A DNA stretch of 64,000 bases, from NCBI GenBank assembly GCA_963851265.1, contig CAWKNZ010000009.1, positions 32,001-96,000 on the forward strand, given 5' to 3'. Shown here one piece after another: positions 1 through 9,999 of the stretch; positions within the stretch are counted from its first letter, which is position 1, and the number at the start of each line of letters is the position of its first letter. Position numbers and translations under genes: made by a program. Origin of the DNA: an uncultured Gemmatimonadales bacterium. Lineage in GTDB: Bacteria > Gemmatimonadota > Gemmatimonadetes > Gemmatimonadales > Gemmatimonadaceae. The notes beneath the pieces were generated by a model. It searched no databases and had not been told where the DNA came from. It saw only the letters and a list, made by a program, of their open reading frames with translations.

Positions 1-927
1 CTGCTCGAACGGCAGCACTACCCCGACCTGCGCGAGTACCCGGGCGGTCCGCCGAAGCGCCCCTACGACGTCACGGCGCACACGCTGCCGCTGCTCTACG
101 GTTTCGACGTCGCGTTCCTCCGCGACGCGCCGCCGGTCGTCGCCACCCCGCTCGCGCCGGTCCCCGCGACGCCCTGGGTGGCCGCAGGCCTCACCAGCGC
201 GGGACCCACCAACACCGCGACGCGGCGGATCGCGATCTACCGCAATTACCTGCCGTCGATGGACGAGGGGTGGACGCGGTGGGTGTTCGACCAGTACCAC
301 GTGCCGTACGCGGTGATCACGGCGAAGGACGTGCGCGCCGGCGGGTTGCGCACGCGCTTCGACGCCATCGTCCTCCCGGACCAGGGCGCGCGCCAGATCG
401 CCCGCGGGCCGACTGGCGCCTACCCGGACTCGCTCAAGGGCGGGCTCGGCGACGAAGGCGCGGCGCAGCTCCGCACGTTCGTCGACGGCGGTGGGACGCT
501 CGTCGCCTTCAACGAGGCGAGCGAGTACGCGATCGACGCGCTCTCGCTGCCGGTGCGCAACGTGCTGTCTGGCGTTAGGCCGAGCGAGTTCTACGCGCCG
601 GGCGCGCTGCTGCGTGTGGAACTCGACCGGGGCAGTCCGATCACGGCGGGCATGACGGCGCCGGAAGCGGCGGTCTGGTTCGAGAGCGGACCGGCGTTCG
701 AGGTGACCGACTCCGCGCGCGTCACGACCGTCGCGCGCTACCCCGCCGCGGGTGACCCGCTGCTGTCGGGTTGGCTGCTCGGCGGGTCGAGGCTGATCGG
801 CCGCGCGGCATTGGTCAGCGTGCAGAGTGGCCAGGGGCGCGTCGTGCTCTTCGGGTTCCGTCCGCAGTACCGCGGGCAGAGCATGGCGACATTTCCACTC
901 GTGTGGAACGCCTTACGTGAACGGTAG
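1..927 (+). CDS. M14-family zinc carboxypeptidase-like protein, C-terminal part with glutamine amidotransferase-like domain (5' partial)
   Basis: Frame is open from base 1 (LLERQHYPDLREYPGGPPKRPYDVTAHTLPL). PYDVTA.TLP, MDEGWTRWVFDQY and GRVVLFGFRPQYRGQ are typical of this family's C-terminus. Confidence 0.7.
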   Translation: MLERQHYPDLREYPGGPPKRPYDVTAHTLPLLYGFDVAFLRDAPPVVATPLAPVPATPWVAAGLTSAGPTNTATRRIAIYRNYLPSMDEGWTRWVFDQYHVPYAVITAKDVRAGGLRTRFDAIVLPDQGARQIARGPTGAYPDSLKGGLGDEGAAQLRTFVDGGGTLVAFNEASEYAIDALSLPVRNVLSGVRPSEFYAPGALLRVELDRGSPITAGMTAPEAAVWFESGPAFEVTDSARVTTVARYPAAGDPLLSGWLLGGSRLIGRAALVSVQSGQGRVVLFGFRPQYRGQSMATFPLVWNALRER

Positions 928-1277
928 AGGTTGCGTGACCGCCACGCGGCACGGACCGCGGGCAGCCGCAGCCTGTAGCGGCACCGCGCCGTCGTCGACG
1001 ACTGCACGCGGCAGGGCCGCGCGAGCGAGGGCCCCGGACTGGCGGTGGACGCCTCGCTTCCGAGCGGGTGCGTGATCGCGGACCCGCAGCGGCAGCGCGG
1101 GCGTCCAAGCGGCGGACGAGGCGAGATGCGTCGAGGCGCGGAGCGTCTCTCGAACCGAGGTCCGAAGGTATGTCCGCCGCCGCGGACCAGCACGCGCCTG
1201 CGGCGCGGCCGGCCCGGCCGTGACTCCTCCGCACGTCGGAGCGTCCGTGGTATGCCAGCGATCGGTCGTTCCCTCCC

Positions 1278-1823
1278 GTGCCTCTCACCGCGTTCGGTTC
1301 CGTGCGCTTCGACCGCTCCCGTCTATCCTCCGGCGCCGCACCGGTCCGCCGCGGGCGGAGCCTGCGCGTCGGAATGTCCCTCATCGAGGTGCTGGTCGCT
1401 CTCTCGCTGCTCGCGATCGCCGCGATGCTGACGATGCCGAAGGCGCTCGCGTTGCGACGGAGCGCGGCGACGGCCGCGGCGCGGCGTCAGATCGCGGCCG
1501 TCGCGGAAGCCGCGCGCGCGAGCGCGCTCCAGCGTCAACGTCCCGCGACCATACGGGTGACCGCTACGCGCACGGGCGCCACGCTGACGGCGAGCGTCGA
1601 CACCGGCGGGACGAGTCCCTACGTCGTATCGACACTCTCGGTCGCCGTCCCCGTCACCGAACGCCTGGCGGCGGACAGCCTCCTCACGTATGACGCGCGC
1701 GGCCTCCCGAGTCCGCGCCGGACGGCGATGATCGTGTACCTGCTCGGCGCGGCCACCGGCACGAAGGATTCCGTCTGCCTCTCGCCGTACGGCCACCTCC
1801 TGCCGCGGAACTGCGCACTGTGA
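1278..1823 (+). CDS. Type IV minor pilin, FimT/FimU/GspH-like
   Basis: Class III prepilin motif G|MSLIEVLVALSLLAI. Stop overlaps the next gene's start (GTGA). Start uncertain. Confidence 0.8.
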   Translation: MPLTAFGSVRFDRSRLSSGAAPVRRGRSLRVGMSLIEVLVALSLLAIAAMLTMPKALALRRSAATAAARRQIAAVAEAARASALQRQRPATIRVTATRTGATLTASVDTGGTSPYVVSTLSVAVPVTERLAADSLLTYDARGLPSPRRTAMIVYLLGAATGTKDSVCLSPYGHLLPRNCAL

Positions 1824-2224
1824 CCGGCACCGAGCGGTGCGCGCCGGGCGCGCGCGGGGCGCCTCGCGTGCGCGCCGGCCTGCGGCGCGGCGCGTCGTTG
1901 ATCGAGGTGATGATCGCGCTGTGCGTGGTCGCCGTCGGGGTGCTCGCGCTGGCCGGCATCGGGCCGGTGTTCGCGCGCCTACAGCGCAAGGGGAGCGGCT
2001 TCACGCAGGGCGCCGTCACCGCACAGTCGCGCTTCGATTCGCTGGCGTCCGTCCCCTGTCACACGATCCCGCTCAACGCGACCGTCGTCGCCGTCACACG
2101 CGGCGTCCGGGAACGGTGGACCGTGACGGCCGGGTACCAGGTCCTGAACGTGACCGACAGCGTCAAGGTGGCCGGCCTGGCGCGGTCTATCGGCTACCTC
2201 TCGGTGATCCCGTGTCGCAACTGA
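1820..2224 (+). CDS. Type IV minor pilin, PilV-like
   Basis: G|ASLIEVMIALCVVAVGVLAL prepilin motif; 134 aa; second in the cassette. Confidence 0.8.
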   Translation: MTGTERCAPGARGAPRVRAGLRRGASLIEVMIALCVVAVGVLALAGIGPVFARLQRKGSGFTQGAVTAQSRFDSLASVPCHTIPLNATVVAVTRGVRERWTVTAGYQVLNVTDSVKVAGLARSIGYLSVIPCRN

Positions 2225-3204
2225 GCGGTTCGCGCCGCCGGTGCGCCTCGCCACCCGCCGCGTCGCCGCGCGCGCGGCCGCGGCCGCACGGGTTCACCCT
2301 CATCGAGCTGCTCATCGCGCTCGTCCTCGCGGCGCTGTGCGGCACGATGCTGACCGTGCTGCTCGCGTCGCAGCAGCGGATGTACGCGGTGCTCGACACC
2401 CGCGTCCGCGTCCAGCGCAACCTGCGAACCGGCGTGAGCGTGCTCCCCGCCGACCTGCGATCCGCGTCCGTGTCGCAGCGCGACCTCGTGGCCCTGCAGG
2501 ACACGATGGTGGAGCTGCGCGCGACGATCGGCTCCAGCATCGTGTGCGGGATCCCGAACAAGTCGCAGATCGACCTGCCACCCCTCAACGCGTCGAAGAA
2601 CGTCCTCTCGACCTGGTATTCGGTTCCGGTCACCGGCGACACGGTGTGGGTCTACGACGAAAACGTGAAGCCCACGCCAGAGGACGACCGCTGGAGCCCG
2701 TACCGGATCACCGCGTTCGCCGTCGCGCCCACGTCCGGCGCCGTCGCGTGCGCCAACTCGGCGTTCCTCGATCCGACGCAGGACGCCGCCACCGCCAAAC
2801 CGCGGTACCGCGTGACCCTGTCCGACACCCTGACCGACTCGGTGCGCCTCGGGGCGGGCGTGCGGTTCACCCGGAGGGTGCGCTACAGCCTGTACACGCC
2901 CGCGGGCGCGAGCGCGGCGTATCTCGGCTACGCCGAGAGTTCGGCGAGCGGCTGGTCCGCGCCTAACGTGCTTGCCGGACCGTTCCACCGGCCCGCCGCG
3001 GCGGGCCGCGGCGGCATCGCGTTCGCCTACTTCGACTCGACCGGCGCGGCGATCGCGGCACCGGTCGCGACGGCGGACCTCGTGCGCGTCTCGCGCGTCG
3101 ACGTCACGCTCCGCTCGACCATGCAGCCGCCGCGCACCATCGACACGCTCCGCGCGATCCGCGACTCGGCCCGCGTCCGCGTCGCGCTGCGCAACCGCCA
3201 ATGA
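2212..3204 (+). CDS. Type IV minor pilin, PilW-like
   Basis: G|FTLIELLIALVL motif and C-terminal VRVALRN. I chose GTG 2212, which overlaps the previous gene, instead of the ORF-track start at 1837. Confidence 0.8.
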   Translation: MSQLSGSRRRCASPPAASPRARPRPHGFTLIELLIALVLAALCGTMLTVLLASQQRMYAVLDTRVRVQRNLRTGVSVLPADLRSASVSQRDLVALQDTMVELRATIGSSIVCGIPNKSQIDLPPLNASKNVLSTWYSVPVTGDTVWVYDENVKPTPEDDRWSPYRITAFAVAPTSGAVACANSAFLDPTQDAATAKPRYRVTLSDTLTDSVRLGAGVRFTRRVRYSLYTPAGASAAYLGYAESSASGWSAPNVLAGPFHRPAAAGRGGIAFAYFDSTGAAIAAPVATADLVRVSRVDVTLRSTMQPPRTIDTLRAIRDSARVRVALRNRQ

Positions 3205-4397
3205 TCCCGTATCCAGCCATTCCCCCCCGCCGTCCTGCGGCGCCCACCGCGGGCGCCCGCCGCGGGAGCGTGCTGCCGCTCTCGCTCGTGGTCCTCACGC
3301 TGGTCCTCGTCCTCGCGATGGGCGGGGCGGCGGCCATGACCCAGAGCTACCGCGGCGGACGCAACGTGCTCGTCGAGCAGCGGGCGTTCACCGTGGCGGA
3401 GTACGGACTGAACCGCGAGATCAGCGCGTGGCGTCGGAGCCGGAACCTCCCCGCGCCGACCGGAATGGCGATCGGCGCGACGGACGACAGCTCCGTCTAC
3501 GTGGCGGCCGGCGACACGGCGCGCGTGCGGATCACGCGCCTCACGCCGATGACGTTCTGGGTCGTCAGCGTCGGGCGGGCGTCGATCGGACGGCCGGCGA
3601 TCACGGCGCAGCGCACGACCAGCGCGTACGTGCGACTCGCCTACCCGACCATCATCCCGCGCGCCGCCATCGCGGTGGACGGGGGCGTCACGGTGTCGGG
3701 CAGCGCGCTCCTGAGCGGCACGAATACCACGCCCTCGGGGTGGACGCAGTGCGACTCGCTCGGCGGACCGAACGCGCCCGCGATCCTCGCGCCGCCCGGC
3801 TCGAGCGTCAGCTACAGGTCGCAGAACATCGCGAGCTCGCCGGCGGTGGTCTACGACACGGCGGCGGCGGACTCCAACAACTACGTCCGGTTCGGCACGG
3901 AGACGTGGACGTCGCTCCAGCAGAACGCGGACATCACGCTGCCATCAGGCGTGTACGGCTCGGCGATCGGACCCACGCGCACCGCGGGCGGCGCGTGCGA
4001 CGTCACGAACCAGTACAATTGGGGGGAGCCGACGCGCGGCACGGGCAGCGTCACGGTCTGTCAGACGTACTTCCCGATCATCTACGTCAACGGCGACCTC
4101 TCCATCAACGGCAACGGGTACGGCCAGGGCGTGTTGCTCGTGAACGGGAGCCTGAGCATCAACGGGAGGTTCCAGTTCGACGGCCTGGTGATCGTGCGCG
4201 ACGACATCAACAAGGGGAACGGAACGGCCACGGTGTTCGGATCGATGCTCGCGCGCAACGCGACGCTCAGCGACGGCAGTTCGATGATCAACGGGAACCA
4301 GACGGTCACGTACTCGACGTGCGCCGTCGCGAGCGCGCTTCGCGCGTCGGCGATCCTCGTACGGGTTCGCGACCGGTCGTGGGCGCAGATGTACTGA
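3201..4397 (+). CDS. PilX-like minor pilin
   Basis: G|SVLPLSLVVL prepilin-like segment lacking Glu5, then the RAFTVAEYGL helix typical of PilX N-termini. G/N-rich beta C-terminus. ATGA overlap with the previous gene. Confidence 0.75.
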   Translation: MIPYPAIPPRRPAAPTAGARRGSVLPLSLVVLTLVLVLAMGGAAAMTQSYRGGRNVLVEQRAFTVAEYGLNREISAWRRSRNLPAPTGMAIGATDDSSVYVAAGDTARVRITRLTPMTFWVVSVGRASIGRPAITAQRTTSAYVRLAYPTIIPRAAIAVDGGVTVSGSALLSGTNTTPSGWTQCDSLGGPNAPAILAPPGSSVSYRSQNIASSPAVVYDTAAADSNNYVRFGTETWTSLQQNADITLPSGVYGSAIGPTRTAGGACDVTNQYNWGEPTRGTGSVTVCQTYFPIIYVNGDLSINGNGYGQGVLLVNGSLSINGRFQFDGLVIVRDDINKGNGTATVFGSMLARNATLSDGSSMINGNQTVTYSTCAVASALRASAILVRVRDRSWAQMY

Positions 4398-4548
4398 CGG
4401 CGCCCGATCGTCGCGCCACGTACAACGGGGCCTAACGTCCGTCCGCGGTACCGTCGCGGTCTCGCCCGGCGTCGGGGTCTCATCGGCGTTAGTCGCGCTC
4501 GGGTCTGGGATGGGCGTCCGCGCGCGGCGCGGACGACGGTGAGCGCAC

Positions 4549-4968
4549 GTGCTCGCGTCAGGCCCGTCAAGGGTCGCGCGCCCGGCCCGCACAGCACGTC
4601 CGCGATGGCGTATCCGAGGTATCACTCGCCACCTTCGAGGCGCACGCCGGCGGCGACGACGTACCCCGACGCGCCAGGGGCGAGCGTGGCCAGGCGTCCG
4701 ACGAACGCCGGCGCCAATCGGCGGCCGCGGTCGGGAGCACGTCGCCCTCATCGAGTGGTCCGGCGACTGTTGGACGGGGTATCTGCGCCACGACCAGCGT
4801 GCGCGCTCCGTACACGAGGGGCGCGAGGCGACCTTCGTCCTCGTCGAGAACACGTCGCTCCAGCGGGCGATCGACGCCGAGCTCGAGGACGTGCCCACCC
4901 TGGCATCGCCGACCGCGGGTGAGCGGCAGGGCACGAACGGGAACGCGCAGGCGCGGCGGTCTGCCTAA
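4549..4968 (+). CDS. Hypothetical protein (start uncertain)
   Basis: Only the 3' half (EHVALIEWSGDCWTGYLRH...AIDAELEDV) reads as protein-like with GC3-biased codons. Confidence 0.35.
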   Translation: MLASGPSRVARPARTARPRWRIRGITRHLRGARRRRRRTPTRQGRAWPGVRRTPAPIGGRGREHVALIEWSGDCWTGYLRHDQRARSVHEGREATFVLVENTSLQRAIDAELEDVPTLASPTAGERQGTNGNAQARRSA

Positions 4969-5057
4969 CATACCGGCGCGCGGGTCCGTGAGCGTCCGGG
5001 AACGTGGGGCGCGTCAGGGCGCCCGAACCAAACGGTGTTCGCGAGGGGGGTACGGGC

Positions 5058-5074
5058 CCGGCATGTGCTTTGCT
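5058..5074 (+). promoter_or_regulatory. Putative sigma54 (-24/-12) promoter of cphA
   Basis: CCGGCATGTGCTTTGCT has GG-N10-GC with TTGC, about 70 nt upstream of the cphA ATG. Confidence 0.6.
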
Positions 5075-5145
5075 CCCAAATGAATCATCCTGCAGTCGAT
5101 CGCAGGCGTGCCCAGGACCTGATCTAACGCGCGCCCCCGCCACTG

Positions 5146-7827
5146 ATGGCCGTTTCCGTCGAGCTACCCGCACCGCCGGCCTCCACCGCCCCAGACCCGC
5201 GCGAGCTGGTGGTCACCCACGTCCGTGCCCTGCGCGGTCCCAACTACTGGCGCCTCGCGCCGGTCATCGCCTGCGACGTCCGGCTCGGCGCGCTCGAGCG
5301 GGTGACGTCCGCGGACATGGACGGCTTCGCCGACTGCCTCCTCGCGGCGATGCCGAGTCTCCACGAACACCCGTGCAGCCCCGGCCGCCCGGGCGGCTTC
5401 GTCGAGCGACTCGCCCGCGGCACGCACCTGCCGCACATTCTCGAGCACGCCGCGCTCGAGTTCCAGACGCTGGCCGGGAACGACGTGCACTTCGGGCGGG
5501 TCGTGCCGAGCGGCGATCCGGGCGTGTGCTGGGTGATCGTCGAGTACGACGAGGAGGAGGTCGGCCTCGAAAGCGTGCGCGAGGCGGCCGCGCTCGTGCG
5601 CGCCTGCATGGACGGCACGCCGTACGACATGGACGGCGTGGTGCGACGGCTCGTGCGGCTTCACGAGACCGCGCGTCTCGGACCCTCGACGTCGGCAATC
5701 GTCGAGGAGGCGCGGCGCCGGGGGATCCCGGTGCGCCGACTGAACGAGCGTTCGCTCGTGCAGTTGGGCCTCGGCCGCAACCTCCGGCGGCTTCGCGCCA
5801 CCGTCACCGGGTCCACATCGCTGATCGGCGCGGAGATCGCCCAGGACAAAGAGGACACGCGGCGCGCGCTCCAGAACGTCGGGCTGCCGGTGCCGCGGGG
5901 GGGTGTGGCCGATACGCTCGACGACGCGCTCGCGCTCGCAACGCGCGTCGGCTATCCCGTCATCCTGAAGCCGGTCAACCTGAATCACGGTCGGGGCATC
6001 TCCGACCGCCTCGACACGCCGGACGATCTCGCGGCCGCGTGGGAGGCGATGCCCGAGGAAGTCCATCGCGGGTCGTCGCGCGGGCTCATCGTCGAGCGGT
6101 TCGCCACGGGACGCGATCACCGAGTGCTCGTGGTGAACGGGCGGGTGGTGGCGTGCGCCGAGCGCGTACCGGCGCACGTGGTCGGCGACGGCGTGCGCAG
6201 CGTGAGGGCGCTCATCGAGGACGCGAACCGCGACCCGCGCCGAGGGCGCGGGCATGCCAAGGTGCTCACCTTCCTTCCCTGCGACTCGACGACGGAGGAG
6301 TACCTCGTCCGCCGCGGGCTCACGCTCGACAGCGTGCCGGCCGCGGGTGAGCCGGTGTTCCTGCGCGCGACGGCGAATCTGAGCACCGGCGGCACCGCGG
6401 TCGACCGCACCGAGGAGATGCACCCCGACAACGTGACCGCGTGCGAGATGGCGGCGGGGATCGTCGGGCTGGACGTGGCCGGGATCGACGTGCTCACCCC
6501 GGACATCTCGCGGCCGTTCCGCGAGACCGGCGCGGTTATCATCGAGGTGAATGCGGGGCCGGGGATCCGCATGCACACGCATCCGGCCGTCGGCACTCCG
6601 CGGAACGTCGCCGCGCCGATCGTCGACATGCTCTACGCCCCCGGGCAGCCGACGACGATCCCGGTAATCGCCGTCACCGGGACTAACGGCAAGACCACGA
6701 CGACTCGCCTCATCGCCCACCTCTTCCGCCACACGGGCGTCAACGTCGGCTTCACCACGACCGACGGCATCTACGTCAACAACCGCCTCGTGGCCGAGGG
6801 TGACATGACGGGGCCGTGGTCGGCGAACGTGATCCTCTCCAACCCGACGGTCGACGTGGCGGTGCTCGAGACCGCGCGCGGCGGGCTCCTGCGTGCGGGG
6901 CTCGGGTTCGACGAGTGCGACGTCGCGATCGTGATCAACGTCTCGGCCGACCACCTCGGGATCGGCGGAATCCATACGCTCGATCAGCTCGCGATGGTCA
7001 AGGGCGTCGTGCCCGCGGTCGCGAAGCGCGAGGGGCACGCGGTGCTCAACGCCGACGACCCGCTCGTCTTCGGGATGGCGGCGCGGACGAACGCCGACGT
7101 GGTGCTCTTCTCGACGCGCCCGGCCGGCGAGAATCCCGAGTTCGAGGCGCACCTCGCGCGCGGCGGGATCGGGGCGCGTATCGCGGACGACGCCTTCGTC
7201 GTGTGCCGCGGCAAACTGCGCATCCCGATCGCGGCCGTGCGCGACGTGCCGTTGATGTTAGGCGGCGCGGCGCGGTTCCAGGCGCAGAACGTGCTCGCCG
7301 CGGTGCTCGCCGCGTACGTGCGCGGCGTGCGGTACGACGACATCCGTGCCGGTCTGCTCACGTTCTTCCCGTCCACGGCGCTCACCCCCGGGCGCGTCAA
7401 CCTCCTGCGGCTCGGGCGCAAGCGCGTCCTCGTCGACTACGGGCACAACGCCGCCGCGGTGGAAGGCATCGTCGACGTCGCGCGGCACCTCGAGGCGCGG
7501 CGCCGCGTGGGCGTGGTGACCGGCCCGGGCGACCGCCGCGACGAGGACCTCCGCACGCTGGGGCGCCTCATGGCGCCGCTCGACCATGTCATCATCAAGG
7601 AGGACGTCGACCGCCGCGGCCGCCGGCCCGGCGAAATTGCCGCGCTCATCCGCGAGGGGCTTCTCGAAGGCGGGCTCGATCCGGCGCACCTCGAGGAGGT
7701 GCTCGACGAGCGTGCGGCCGTCCAGCGCGCGGTCGACATCCTCGACGACGGCGACCTCGCCCTGGTAGCCGCGGTCGACGTCCGCACCGTGCTCGACCTG
7801 CTCGGCGCTCTCGGCGCGCACGGGTGA
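5146..7827 (+). CDS. cphA: Cyanophycin synthetase
   Basis: 893 aa. N-domain ALRGPNYW, HILEHAALE, LGPST; ATP-grasp KPVNLNHGRG, ANLSTGG, IEVNAGPG; Mur-ligase domain VTGTNGKTTT, LETARGG, DYGHN. Confidence 0.95.
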   Translation: MAVSVELPAPPASTAPDPRELVVTHVRALRGPNYWRLAPVIACDVRLGALERVTSADMDGFADCLLAAMPSLHEHPCSPGRPGGFVERLARGTHLPHILEHAALEFQTLAGNDVHFGRVVPSGDPGVCWVIVEYDEEEVGLESVREAAALVRACMDGTPYDMDGVVRRLVRLHETARLGPSTSAIVEEARRRGIPVRRLNERSLVQLGLGRNLRRLRATVTGSTSLIGAEIAQDKEDTRRALQNVGLPVPRGGVADTLDDALALATRVGYPVILKPVNLNHGRGISDRLDTPDDLAAAWEAMPEEVHRGSSRGLIVERFATGRDHRVLVVNGRVVACAERVPAHVVGDGVRSVRALIEDANRDPRRGRGHAKVLTFLPCDSTTEEYLVRRGLTLDSVPAAGEPVFLRATANLSTGGTAVDRTEEMHPDNVTACEMAAGIVGLDVAGIDVLTPDISRPFRETGAVIIEVNAGPGIRMHTHPAVGTPRNVAAPIVDMLYAPGQPTTIPVIAVTGTNGKTTTTRLIAHLFRHTGVNVGFTTTDGIYVNNRLVAEGDMTGPWSANVILSNPTVDVAVLETARGGLLRAGLGFDECDVAIVINVSADHLGIGGIHTLDQLAMVKGVVPAVAKREGHAVLNADDPLVFGMAARTNADVVLFSTRPAGENPEFEAHLARGGIGARIADDAFVVCRGKLRIPIAAVRDVPLMLGGAARFQAQNVLAAVLAAYVRGVRYDDIRAGLLTFFPSTALTPGRVNLLRLGRKRVLVDYGHNAAAVEGIVDVARHLEARRRVGVVTGPGDRRDEDLRTLGRLMAPLDHVIIKEDVDRRGRRPGEIAALIREGLLEGGLDPAHLEEVLDERAAVQRAVDILDDGDLALVAAVDVRTVLDLLGALGAHG

Positions 7828-7859
7828 CGCGTCCTCGTCTCACACCGTAGCCGGCGCGG

Positions 7860-8741
7860 TCATCGCGTCCCGGCGAGCCGCTCCTCCGCCTTCCGGGCCG
7901 AGTGGCACGCCGGCGTGCGCCGGGCGAAGTCGAAGGTGTCACCCGTGTTGAGCAGGTGTAGCCGGAGGTCGAACACCGACAGCGTGCGGTCGCGCGCCTC
8001 GTCGACGAGGTTGCTGTGCGTCACGTCCCGGCCGTCGATCACGTACACGCCCCCTTCACCGAGTACCGTGAACGCGCGGCCGTCATCGCAGACGATCGCG
8101 GTGTCCTCGTCGATGCCGACTCCGAGCATGCGCGGGTTTTGCGCGACCGCGCCGATGAGGCGCCCGACGCGCCCCCGCTCGGCGAAGTGCTGGTCGACGA
8201 TCACGCCCGACAGGAATCCGAATCCCGGCGCCATCCGGAGTGCGTCGTCTACCCGCGGTGAGACCGAGCTGTTGCCGGTGACCAACATGGTCTCGCAGAC
8301 CACGGACGCCCCGGCCGAGGTGCCGGCCACGCACCCACCGCCCTCGTAGATCGCGCGGACGCGCTCGTAGATCGGGGTGTCGCCGAGCTGGCTGGTGAGC
8401 TTGAGCTGATTCCCACCCGTGAAGAACACCACGGCCGCGTCGTCGAGCACACCGAGGCGTTCGGCGTCGTGCGCCTCCTCGCGCGTGTCCACGTGCAGGT
8501 GGCGGACGTCGTGCACGCCGAGGTCGCGGAACACCGGCTCGTATTCGCCCCAGAGCTCGTCGGGAAGATTGCTCGCCGCCGTGACGACGACGAGTGCGCC
8601 GCGGTCGGCGTGGGCGGCGACGGCGCGTAGGATCAGGCAGTCGCCCTTCTTGTCCTCGTGTCCACCGATGATGATGAGCGTTCCGGTGGATGCGGCGGTC
8701 GGGCTGGAACCGTCCTGGTCGGATTGATCGTGGTGAGCCAT
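7860..8741 (-). CDS. cphB: Cyanophycinase (peptidase S51)
   Basis: LIIIGGHEDK, FFTGGNQ, catalytic GTSAGA, DQHFAERGR, GIDEDT. No signal peptide. ATG at 8741. Confidence 0.93.
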   Translation of the reverse strand: MAHHDQSDQDGSSPTAASTGTLIIIGGHEDKKGDCLILRAVAAHADRGALVVVTAASNLPDELWGEYEPVFRDLGVHDVRHLHVDTREEAHDAERLGVLDDAAVVFFTGGNQLKLTSQLGDTPIYERVRAIYEGGGCVAGTSAGASVVCETMLVTGNSSVSPRVDDALRMAPGFGFLSGVIVDQHFAERGRVGRLIGAVAQNPRMLGVGIDEDTAIVCDDGRAFTVLGEGGVYVIDGRDVTHSNLVDEARDRTLSVFDLRLHLLNTGDTFDFARRTPACHSARKAEERLAGTR

Positions 8742-8812
8742 CGGTGTCGTCGTTGGGCCGGTGATGTGGTCGCCTGCGGCGACCTCGGCGTGTGTCCGTT
8801 CGGTCTGGCTGG

Positions 8813-9961
8813 TCAGTGCCGCTGACCGACGAGATCGATGCGCCGGCGACTCGTCGCGAGAAAGCGTTCGCGTTCGACGAGGCGCCCGTCGTCCACGACG
8901 TGCCGCCCGCGGGCGAACACGTGCACGACCTCGAGCGAGTCGGCGCGGAGCACGAGCACGTCGGCGTCGCAGCCCCGAGCGAGGCGCCCCTTGTGCGGCA
9001 GCTTGAGCACCGACGCGGTGTTGCGCGTGATCAGCGGGAGCATGCGCGCGAGCGGGATCCCGTGGCGCACGACGCAGTCGCGCCACTCCGCGGCGAGCTG
9101 GCCCGGACTGCTCGTCCCGGTGTCTGACGAGATCGTGAGGCGGTCGGGATGGCCGCCGTGGTCGAACCAGTACGTCACCCACCGCGCGAGGTCACCCTCG
9201 ACGGTGTCGATGTCGGCGTGGGCGCCGCGCGCGACGAGGGCGATCGCCTCGTCCATGAGCGCCTCCGTGCGCTCGATGTGTGTGGGGTAGAGCATGTCGG
9301 GCGTCACCGGGTAGTCGCCGTCGAGCAGGTGGAACAGGCGGCGGAGCCGGTTTGCGTGCGCGCCGACGTGGAAGTGGGTGACGCCGGCCTTCCGACTCAG
9401 CATCCCGCCCACGTGCGTGTCGAGCACGAGCTTCGCGAGCTCGTCGGCCGACGGGTCGACGCCGCGGTGGTCGGCGATCGCGATCTCGCCCGCGCCGATC
9501 ACCTCGTCGATGAACAGCATGTCGTTGCGGATCGATCCGGTGACCGTGGTCGGCGGCACGTTGTAGCCGCCCGACCAGCAGTACGCCGTGAGCCCCTCCT
9601 CCTTGAGCCCCTTCACGCGGGCGAGCAGGCCGGCCATCGTCTTCATCGTCGTGTCGACGCCCAGCGCACCCACCACGGTCGTGATACCGTTAGGCACGAT
9701 CTCGCTCAGCACGACTTCGGGCGTCTGCGTCGCGTAGCCCTCCTCACCGCTGCCGCCGAGGAGGTGCTCGTGGGGGTCGATGAAGCCGGGGGTCGCGAAG
9801 CAGCCCGTCGCGTCGACGACGGCGAGGTCGAGCCCGGCAGCTTCGACGGCGCGCCGGTCCACGCGTCCGATCGTGCCGACCTTGTCCCCGACGAGGAGGA
9901 GGCTCGCCGTGCCGAGTGGCTCGGGGGCGAACACGTCGGCATTCTCGATCAGCGTGAGCAC
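8813..9961 (-). CDS. iadA: Beta-aspartyl (isoaspartyl) dipeptidase, amidohydrolase family
   Basis: PGFIDPHEHLLGGSGEEG, GITTVVG, GEIAIADHR, HFHVG, LYPTH, TISSD. GTG start at 9961. Lies next to cphB. Confidence 0.88.
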   Translation of the reverse strand: MLTLIENADVFAPEPLGTASLLLVGDKVGTIGRVDRRAVEAAGLDLAVVDATGCFATPGFIDPHEHLLGGSGEEGYATQTPEVVLSEIVPNGITTVVGALGVDTTMKTMAGLLARVKGLKEEGLTAYCWSGGYNVPPTTVTGSIRNDMLFIDEVIGAGEIAIADHRGVDPSADELAKLVLDTHVGGMLSRKAGVTHFHVGAHANRLRRLFHLLDGDYPVTPDMLYPTHIERTEALMDEAIALVARGAHADIDTVEGDLARWVTYWFDHGGHPDRLTISSDTGTSSPGQLAAEWRDCVVRHGIPLARMLPLITRNTASVLKLPHKGRLARGCDADVLVLRADSLEVVHVFARGRHVVDDGRLVERERFLATSRRRIDLVGQRH

Positions 9962-9999
9962 ACGATGCGGGGCGGATTGTTGGCGGCCAAATTGCTGGG

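Noticed and set aside
5024..5041. CGAAC-N8-GTTCG as a LexA box upstream of cphA
   Set aside because: The spacer is 8 nt rather than the 4 nt of the Gram-positive-type SOS box, and it occurs once.
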